Shown here piece after piece: positions 1 through 7,500 of a stretch of 10,034 nucleotides of DNA (position 1 is the first letter of the stretch; every line of letters starts with the position of its first letter). Position numbers and translations under genes: made by a program. The notes beneath the pieces are model-generated. The model searched no databases, was not told where the DNA came from, and saw only the letters and a program-made list of their open reading frames with translations. The stretch comes from an uncultured archaeon (GTDB lineage: Archaea; Thermoplasmatota; Penumbrarchaeia; JASLWR01), in contig CAYSHM010000024.1 of NCBI GenBank assembly GCA_964430885.1, positions 1 through 10,034 of the forward strand, read 5' to 3'.

Positions 1-29
1 AAATATGATGTTCTAAACCCAAAAGGGTA

Positions 30-103
30 TGGACCTGGCGGGATTTGAACCCGCGGCCTTTGCCTTGCGAAGGCAACGATCTTCCAGACTGATCTACAGG
101 CCC
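30..103 (-). tRNA. tRNA-Ala (anticodon CGC), intronless, CCA not encoded
   Basis: Reverse complement is GGGCCTG TA GATC AGTCTGGAA GATC G TTGCC TT CGC AA GGCAA AGGCC GCGGG TTCAAAT CCCGC CAGGTCC A, a full cloverleaf. It has the G3:U70 alanine identity pair and discriminator A, and is followed by TAC rather than CCA. Confidence 0.97.
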
Positions 104-176
104 ATTGTGAGTGAATGTATGTGGACGAACAATGGGCGTGTTAGCGACATCTTAGATGTTGCGCTACAGGCCCATT
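94..176. repeat. 13-bp direct repeat CTACAGGCCCATT (94-106 and 164-176) containing the tRNA 5' end; second copy is one arm of an imperfect inverted repeat at 131-176
   Basis: Read directly: ctacaggcccattgtg at 94-109 versus ctacaggcccatttgtg at 164-180. The stretch aatgggc-gtgt-tagcg-acatc / tta / gatgt-tg-cgcta-cag-gcccatt forms a hairpin. Confidence 0.85.
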
Positions 177-323
177 TGTGCTACCAAATCCACCTCATTT
201 CCTTCCTGGCCGTTTAGCGCTATTATTATATTTTTAACTTTCTGTTCTATGGTATTCAGGGTTACAGTATTCACTGTACAAAACAGCTTTCCTGTAAAAT
301 ATCCCGATGAGAGTATATCCCTT

Positions 324-337
324 GAAAATTTATATAA
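324..337 (+). promoter_or_regulatory. Putative archaeal BRE/TATA promoter of trpS
   Basis: Purine-rich GAAAA immediately followed by TTTATATAA (329-337), about 40 nt upstream of the probable TTG start; GGAGG RBS at 366-370. Confidence 0.65.
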
Positions 338-377
338 CATCTCCTTACCTTTCCCACTGTTTAGAGGAGGTTTGAAA

Positions 378-1697
378 TTGGATATCAATCCCTGGTCAAG
401 CAGGACTTATGACGATTATCAGGAACTCATTGACGAGTTCGGTATAAACACATTCCAGGCTGGCAAACTGCCAGATGCGCCAATGCTGTTCAGAAGAGGA
501 GTGGTTTTCGGTGAGAGAGGTTTTGATCTTATAAGGCAGGCAATTGTGAACAATGATCCATTTGTCATACTTACAGGCCTTGTCCCTTCCGGCAAGATGC
601 ATATCGGCCATAAAATGGTTTTAGATCAGGTCATTTACTATCAGTCCCTGGGTGCCCATGTTATTCTGGCAGTTGCAGATATAGAGGGTTATGCTGTCAG
701 GAATATGACATTCCAGGAGGCCCGTCACAAGGCTATAGAGGACTATATTCTGAACTATATCGCATTAGGTCTCTCCAGCGAAAATTGCGAGATATATTTC
801 CAGTCTAAACGTGAAGAAGTGAAGGACCTTGCCTATATTCTGGGTATCAATACCAATCTCTCCGAGGTGAAGGCAATCTACGGGTTCCAGGGCGATACCA
901 ATATGTGTCATGTATTCGCACCCCTGATCCAGGTAGGCGATATTCTCCACCCGCAGATGAAACAGTATTTGGGTCCCATGCCTACCCTTGTGCCAGTTGG
1001 GGTGGACCAGGATCCTCATATCAGGTTATCTCGAAAGCTTGCCCAGGCTCAGAGACTGGTCAACGTCAAGGAGACAAAGGACGGCAAGATAGGTGTATTT
1101 GTTAAATCCGACGACAAGGTAGATCTTATACTTGATAGATGCCAGAAGGCCCTTGAGGAAAAAGGTTATAAAATGTTCAAGAAGATGGTCAGATACAAGG
1201 CACTCTATATCAATGATGCATCTACCTGGGACCTAGCTAAAATAGAGGAAACTGTCATACCTGTTGAGAGCGACCTAGGCGGATATGCCTTCTACCCTCC
1301 CGCTTCCAGTTATCACAGGTTCATGACGGGATTGTCAGGCGGAAAAATGTCAGCTTCGGTCCCGGAGAGCTCCATATTTTTGCTGGATACACCTGAAGAA
1401 GGCCGTAAGAAGGTATTGAGGGCCAAGACCGGAGGCCGTCAGAGCCTGGCTGAACAGAAGGAGAAGGGCGGTGAGCCCGATAACTGCTGCATCTTCGAGC
1501 TGTATCTCTATCATCTCATGGATAATGATGATGATCTCATGAAGATCAGGGATGACTGTCTATCCGGCACTCTTATGTGCGGGGACTGCAAGAAGAGATG
1601 TGCAGGTCTGATTGGGACTTTCCTTGAGGACATGGCGGAAAAACGCAAGGAAGCCAGGAACCGGCTGGAAGAATATATGAGCCCGGATAGTAAATAG
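378..1697 (+). CDS. trpS: Tryptophanyl-tRNA synthetase, archaeal type (about 439 aa; probable TTG start at 378, not ATG 156)
   Basis: Class I motifs TGLVPSGKMHIGH (HIGH) and GKMSAS (KMSKS); TrpRS signatures PVGVDQDPH and AKTGGR; N-terminal INPW. GGAGG lies 7 nt upstream of TTG378. Confidence 0.96.
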   Translation: MDINPWSSRTYDDYQELIDEFGINTFQAGKLPDAPMLFRRGVVFGERGFDLIRQAIVNNDPFVILTGLVPSGKMHIGHKMVLDQVIYYQSLGAHVILAVADIEGYAVRNMTFQEARHKAIEDYILNYIALGLSSENCEIYFQSKREEVKDLAYILGINTNLSEVKAIYGFQGDTNMCHVFAPLIQVGDILHPQMKQYLGPMPTLVPVGVDQDPHIRLSRKLAQAQRLVNVKETKDGKIGVFVKSDDKVDLILDRCQKALEEKGYKMFKKMVRYKALYINDASTWDLAKIEETVIPVESDLGGYAFYPPASSYHRFMTGLSGGKMSASVPESSIFLLDTPEEGRKKVLRAKTGGRQSLAEQKEKGGEPDNCCIFELYLYHLMDNDDDLMKIRDDCLSGTLMCGDCKKRCAGLIGTFLEDMAEKRKEARNRLEEYMSPDSK

Positions 1698-1704
1698 AAC
1701 AGCT

Positions 1705-2409
1705 CTAAATTCCAGTATACCGCTCTATTTCATTGATTATGTTTGATATTACAGTCCAGGATTCAAGGGGTTCTTTCGATATACTTAGATGAATGAACTC
1801 ATCATTGTTCAGTTCCGATATGAATTCGCCTCTAGGAAAGGCTCCGACGATTATGGTCACGTTCCTATTTTCGTCATTGTTGCCAATGTTCGATCTAGGT
1901 ATTTGTTTTTCAGAAAGGACTTCAAAAAGGGAGTTGGAGGAACCCTTCTCTTCGCACATAATTACCAGTTCATCATCGAACTCATTTATGATATCACCCA
2001 GGGTCAGATCTTTAACCAGCGTGAAGAAATCCGCTTTTCCAGGCTGCTGACCGAGGGATAAGAGCTGAGCAATTATTCCATTGAATCTGTCCTGGGCTTT
2101 TGGGATCCGTGTTGACGGGGATACCTTGATCCATCCTCCGTTCATAAGATGTATGTGAGTTCTAAGCAATCCGGCCCTGTTAAGTTTGCTGTCCTGGGCT
2201 AATAAAAGATTGAAATGAGCTATATCCGGCCGTCCTCTTCTATTCATATTAGAGTTGCGGGACATTGCTGTATGATGATAGGACCTGTCAAGCAGGATTT
2301 CTCCTGTTGTCTTATTGAAACGCTTTGCATGACCTTTGACCGAAGGATGTTTTCTCAATTTACGTGGGACTAGTTCCAGTGATGCTTCAGCAAGTATTAG
2401 ATTGAACAT
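1705..2409 (-). CDS. nep1: Ribosomal RNA small subunit pseudouridine N1-methyltransferase Nep1/Emg1 (SPOUT family), 234 aa
   Basis: Motifs LILAEASLELVP, LLDRSYHH, RGRPDIAH..LL..QDS.LN, RIPK..DRF.G, IVGAFPRG and C-terminal PLESWTV. AGGAG RBS upstream of the ATG. Confidence 0.93.
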   Translation of the reverse strand: MFNLILAEASLELVPRKLRKHPSVKGHAKRFNKTTGEILLDRSYHHTAMSRNSNMNRRGRPDIAHFNLLLAQDSKLNRAGLLRTHIHLMNGGWIKVSPSTRIPKAQDRFNGIIAQLLSLGQQPGKADFFTLVKDLTLGDIINEFDDELVIMCEEKGSSNSLFEVLSEKQIPRSNIGNNDENRNVTIIVGAFPRGEFISELNNDEFIHLSISKEPLESWTVISNIINEIERYTGI

Positions 2410-2428
2410 GATATATCTCCTTTAAATC

Positions 2429-3238
2429 TCATTTACATAGAACCGCCCTTACAACGTTCAGATACCGGTCCTGGTATTTCCTCTTTCCCAGGCCGTATCC
2501 AGCAGCTATTGGTTCAAATGATATGTCGCTGAAATTCTCCACATATTCCGGTTCAAGACTTTTTACCAAGGCCGTACCTGTAGGTGTAGCAAGCTCTCCG
2601 GGAACCGGTCCGAACTTGAACTTCATATTCTTCATTATATGAAGGGTGGCGGGTGCCGGGATCGGGACAGTTCCGTGGCTTATTGATATGCTGCCCATAC
2701 CTACGGAAATAGGTGTGGCAATTATTCTTTGGTTTTCATTGAAAAAACCCAACCGTTCCAGGATAAAAGCGCTGCCGATTATTTCGACTACCGTATCAGG
2801 TGCTCCGGTCTCATGAAGATGAAGTTCTTCAACGGTGTTTGAATGAAGATATGCCTCAGCGTTCAATATCTCATCTATGGCTCTCACGGCGTAACCGAGT
2901 GCACCTTGGCTCAAGTCTGCTGTTCTGGCGGCTTCTATGATATTTTCTCTCATTTTAAGGCCCTTCATGTGCTTGTGATCACCATAATGATGATCTTCAT
3001 TTCGCACCCATACACCCCGGGCGAATATTCCTGAAACCTGTTTTTTCTTGATCTCTGCTGATACGCCATCATATAAAGAAAGGCTTTTCATAAGAAGATT
3101 TTCGATTTCGTCGGCTGTCAACAGTCCTGCGTTTATAGCTAGGTCAATGAGACTGGACAGAAGCATATCACCTGCCACACCCATCTGAAGGTCTAGGAGC
3201 AGCGTCTGTCCGTTTTTCTCAGTCTTATTAGGGACCAA
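2429..3238 (-). CDS. larC: LarC-family nickel-insertion protein, N-terminal domain only (LarC1-like), 269 aa
   Basis: LarC motifs GVAGDMLLSSLIDL, AEAYLH...LHLHETGAPD, HGTVPIPAPAT, GELATPTG.AL, GYGLG and NVVR; His patch DHHYGDHKH. TTG start with GGTGA RBS. The ORF ends right after the N-domain. Confidence 0.88.
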   Translation of the reverse strand: MVPNKTEKNGQTLLLDLQMGVAGDMLLSSLIDLAINAGLLTADEIENLLMKSLSLYDGVSAEIKKKQVSGIFARGVWVRNEDHHYGDHKHMKGLKMRENIIEAARTADLSQGALGYAVRAIDEILNAEAYLHSNTVEELHLHETGAPDTVVEIIGSAFILERLGFFNENQRIIATPISVGMGSISISHGTVPIPAPATLHIMKNMKFKFGPVPGELATPTGTALVKSLEPEYVENFSDISFEPIAAGYGLGKRKYQDRYLNVVRAVLCK

Positions 3239-3254
3239 AATATCACCTGAATAA

Positions 3255-4241
3255 TTAAGAAGGTAAGATCAGCGCAACAGCAAACGATATCTGAAAAGCG
3301 ATCAGCATCAGGTACATATGTACCCATACAGGAGAATTCTCGAAATACTGGTCTTCTTTTAGACCCTCTTTTCTCATCAGATGGATTATATAAATTCCCC
3401 ATATTATGAACAGGGAAATGCCAATGGTGGGGGCTGGAAGTATCGAAGATCCGTTAAGCCCAAGGGTTGCTAATGGAACAAGGAGGAAGGGTATGACAAA
3501 GAATGGAGATATAACGGCGATAGATTTCTTTATCCCGTAAACTATGGGCAATGTCTGCATACCGTGTTTTTTATCCCCCTTGATGTCAGTGTAATCTTTG
3601 GTGGTCGCTGCGCCAATGAGAAATATGCATATTATCATGCCCACGAACCAGGGGACAGGATCCCAAATGCTTCCGAACAATGTCCATGCGCATACTATAC
3701 CCAGCAGACCTCTGGCAATTCCAATAGTGATATTGGAAACCCAGAACCTCTTCTTCAACCTTAAGGGCGGGGCTGAATATGCATATGTAACAAATATCAG
3801 GACAATGATAAGAAAAGCAAAGGTGAAGTTGATCATCATAGCTCTGAAAGCCGTAAGAATGTAGAGTATCCAGGCGATTGTCTTTGCTTCTTGGATAGAT
3901 ACCTTTCCCGAAGGAATGGGTCTAAATGGCTTGTTCACAGCATCGATATCCTTATCATAGACCTGATTAATGACGTTGCTAGCCCCGTTTAATATTGCCA
4001 GAGTAGAAGCCCCGTATATTAATTTCAGATGATTGAAGCCCCAAGAAACAAAAGGATAAGAACCTGTGAACTGTGGGTACTGGAGCATGCCCATATCTCC
4101 CAGGGCCATTAATCCTCCGCAGATGCCGCCTATGAATGGTGCAAGGAGAGTAAAGGGTCTGAGTAAATCCAAATAAGCCTTGAGCTTGACAGGCAGTCTG
4201 GACCTTTTTTTCTCCTTGGCCTTGAATTTCATCTTGGTCAT
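3255..4241 (-). CDS. UbiA-family intramembrane prenyltransferase (DGGGP-synthase-like; substrate uncertain), 328 aa; alternative start ATG 4232
   Basis: N-terminal LLRPFTLL; Asp-rich motif 1 NQVYDKDIDAVNKPFRPIPSG; YAYSAPPLRLKK; motif 2 KDYTDIKGDKKHG..TLP; multiple hydrophobic TM segments. Confidence 0.92.
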   Translation of the reverse strand: MTKMKFKAKEKKRSRLPVKLKAYLDLLRPFTLLAPFIGGICGGLMALGDMGMLQYPQFTGSYPFVSWGFNHLKLIYGASTLAILNGASNVINQVYDKDIDAVNKPFRPIPSGKVSIQEAKTIAWILYILTAFRAMMINFTFAFLIIVLIFVTYAYSAPPLRLKKRFWVSNITIGIARGLLGIVCAWTLFGSIWDPVPWFVGMIICIFLIGAATTKDYTDIKGDKKHGMQTLPIVYGIKKSIAVISPFFVIPFLLVPLATLGLNGSSILPAPTIGISLFIIWGIYIIHLMRKEGLKEDQYFENSPVWVHMYLMLIAFQISFAVALILPS

Positions 4242-4332
4242 CTCCCTGCTGCGGGTTCAGTTAAACATTACATGAACTAGCAATATTCCTTTTTCGAATT
4301 GACGTATGGAACTTTTCAGTAAACGGCGAGCT

Positions 4333-4348
4333 AATATATAAGCACTTT
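4333..4348 (-). promoter_or_regulatory. Candidate TATA box for the prenyltransferase-larC-nep1 operon
   Basis: Minus strand reads AAAGTGC TTATATATT, about 90 nt upstream of the CDS start. The region is AT-rich, so the match is not unique. Confidence 0.4.
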
Positions 4349-4587
4349 ACCACGTAGTTGGTGATTTTAATCCTAACAGAGGCTTCCTAATGTGGATTAA
4401 GTGTCTGAATCCAACATCCATGGATGAAGATATTTCTGCCATATGGATGAAAGAATGCTGAAATTATATCAATAATATATTATCTCATAAGGTTGATATT
4501 ATTATATGGAAAAGGCAGATTACTGAATAGGTATATCTTTAAGAATACCAAATCCATATAGTCTTATCAATTAGTTAGAAGGATTGA

Positions 4588-7500
4588 GTGAATCCGATGA
4601 TATTGAAGAAGCTCATAAGGAAAAAAGCTTTAGATTGGGTTGCAGTAAAAATATTGCCGAAACCCGGTTTTCCGAGGATTCTTTTTATCATTTCCATCTT
4701 GCTGTTTGTACACCTTCAATATCCTTTAGGGGTTTCAGGTGAGAACAATATGGTCTGCCCTCAGCCGGAGAATTACGAGGCTTACGATGAGCTTGTGGCA
4801 ATCCAGAACGAGATAGAGGATCGGAGATCGGACCCCAGGGGGGAGATAACCAACAAGACACAGAAACGATTGGTTCAGGATCTCGCTGTTGTAGATTACG
4901 ATGCACCAGAGATAGCATGGTTGGATTTTGAGACCGCGGATGTAGTTGTTTCTGATCCCGAGGAAAATATGCCTTCGCTTTATTCTGATATTAGGGATTT
5001 TGAGGCCCTCTACGGAAAAGGAACCCTTCTTGAATGGCTTATGGACAGGGGTACCTCAAACTATTATATTTATACTCGGTATGATCAGAACTATCAGTTC
5101 ACCAAAGACTATCTGAGGCCCATATTGATACCTCCGGATCTAGGCACTGGTTCTGGGATTGATTTGGATAACGATACCACAACTGGGGATTCGGCAGGCA
5201 ATGATGTTTTTATCAGTCTTAGGCCGGAGATAGAGATATCTAAACTCCCCACCCTTCTCCCTCTCAACAGGTCATTGGAGCTGGTATTCAGATTGCGGTT
5301 GGATATTACCCGATTGAGAGAGCTCAAGCACCCCTTGACCGTACATGTGATTAAGTATGTGTCCTACAATGAACGTAATTATCTGTTCAATCTTGGCGCG
5401 GACCTTTATACTGTGCCTAGTGAGATCACAATGATGCTTCATTCAGAGAATGTTGTAATTGAGCTGGCCCCCGCAAGGGATGTCCTGCGTTTCGTAAACA
5501 ACTACATTATAAACGGAACCGTCACCATTGACAATTCAAGTCTCATAGGCGCTCTCAGGGGCCCCTATCACATATCATATGAGATGCCCTATCTCCAGGG
5601 CGATATCTATGACCGTCTTTCTCTCTATTTGGGCATCAATGAACTGAGGAACGATGAGATCACCAAGATATCCTGGGCAAATATTGTTGTTAAAAGGGGA
5701 ACTGCAAAACTGAATATCCCTTTTACCGGCCATATACGTTTGGATACGCCCAATATAATCCAGCCAGTTAATGAACTGTACTGGGAAGGCCTGGATCATC
5801 GTGGTTACAGGACTGTATGCGACCTGGAGATAAGATATTTCGATAGTGGGAAGGTCCTGACCTATGCTGAGGTCCTTGTGGAGGATATGCCGGGATGGGT
5901 CAATATAGAGGTTGATTATCAGAAGACGGTAGGGGATATCAATGTCACTCCCCTGTCATACAGGTCCAGCCATAACATGAGATCCATGCTCTACAGGAAC
6001 ACTCAATATTATTCCTATCCCTCACTTAAGGACATTCGGACAATGGAGGTGTTTATAGATCATCTGCCGACTTCTTTCGATATGGAGATCACAAGCGATG
6101 TGAACCGTAACCTTCCGGACATGCTCAATGTGAACAATTCATTGCCCATTACCGTGAGACTTCTGGATAACTTTATCAGTAATATCGCCAGCCGTTTCTC
6201 TCGTATAGGGGCAACATTGGAGACCCTCAGTGATTCACTAACCCAACTGCCCCAGAGCGGCGGTTGGATATGGGTAAAAGCAGGAGGTAAAGAACCCTAT
6301 TTTGGTCAATGGGATTTCAAGAGGACCTCTAGTACATATCTGAGGCCTCGTTCAGGAGTGAATTCAGATCATCTTTGTTTCTATGACCTAAAGGATCCTG
6401 ATCTTGGTTCCAATACCTCCGGTCTCAGGGAGACAACCGCCCTATCGGTAAAATTATCCAATGTGGGCCGCATCAACCTCAATTTCTCTAAATATACCAT
6501 ATTTGAAGTGGACTTTGTGGAAAGAAGCCCCACTCTGCCATTCAGAATACTGCTCGTGGGTGGAGAAAAGGGCCTTCAGGTAAGATTTTCCAATCTTCCG
6601 GATTCATTCGGTTTCTATGTCGTGGAGAACGGTATAGATATTCTATCGAGGGACGATATGGGAAAACCCCAGCAGATCAGGGAGCTGGAAATGATCTATC
6701 AGTTTGAGAAGCGCTATTTCCAGATGAAACTGGAGGGCGTGAAAGGCGGGGTGAGCTACCGTGAGAGGGACGGCGAGCTCAGCGCTTATGCCCCCATACC
6801 CTTGGATATGCTGGAGTTCCATGTTACTGATAATAGGGACAAGGGTATAAAGGAATTGAACGGGAATTCTATTTACATGCATCAGGAGGAGGACGCCTTT
6901 ACCCTGTCTGGACGCCTGAGATCCCTGAAGAACCTGACCTACAAACCCGGATCAAAGGGTTATTTTCATCTGAACTATGAGAACGAGACCAGTTTTGGTG
7001 TGGACCTGTACAGCTATTTGGATAACGGGAGCCAGGCTAAGCTTATCATCGATCCGCTTCCCACCAATTTCACCTTTGATCTACCGGGATCCCTGGATGA
7101 ATCATCCTATCAATTACCCGATCTGGTGAGTGTTACCGGTGACCTTAATCTTTCTTCGGTCATAGATGATGTGACGGACCTTCTTTATGATATAGTTGAC
7201 CTTTCCTTCAATGTGACCTCCACTTTTCTGGATAACATAGGCAGTATATCCAACAGGTTTAATTTTTCTTATACCATGGCAGGAGACCGGACATTGGATA
7301 TCATAGGATATATGAAAAAAGGGGATATCTCCGGACTGGGTCCCACACACTGGGTCCACGGAGTATCAATGTCTCAGGGAGAGGTGGAAGGCGAGACAGT
7401 TCTGGAAGGCCGGGTTTATCTCCAGGGAATGCCGCCAAAGGGGTCGATTTCCACCAATATGATAGGGGATGATGTGGATGCATCACTTTCTTTCCAGGGC

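Noticed and set aside
30-180. Integrated element att site, CRISPR repeat or split tRNA at the tRNA-Ala
   Set aside because: No integrase nearby; only two 13-bp copies; the tRNA is complete and I saw no convincing bulge-helix-bulge. Kept only as an unexplained hairpin.
29-217. 62-aa ORF MDLAGFEPAAFAL...
   Set aside because: It is the antisense reading of the tRNA gene; GFEP-type peptides are a classic tRNA shadow.
156-377. 74-aa N-terminal extension of TrpRS with a hydrophobic stretch (apparent membrane anchor)
   Set aside because: It spans the AT-rich intergenic region containing the TATA box. A strong RBS points to TTG 378, where TrpRS-like sequence begins.
2407-2428. TTTAAAGGAGATATATCATG (minus strand) resembles the T7 gene 10/pET ribosome-binding site
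   Set aside because: No other vector sequence is present; it is a natural RBS in a 19-bp gap between two native genes.
2410-2445. Possible programmed frameshift from larC1 into a larC2
   Set aside because: The downstream sequence is nep1 with its own RBS; there is no LarC C-terminal coding sequence here.
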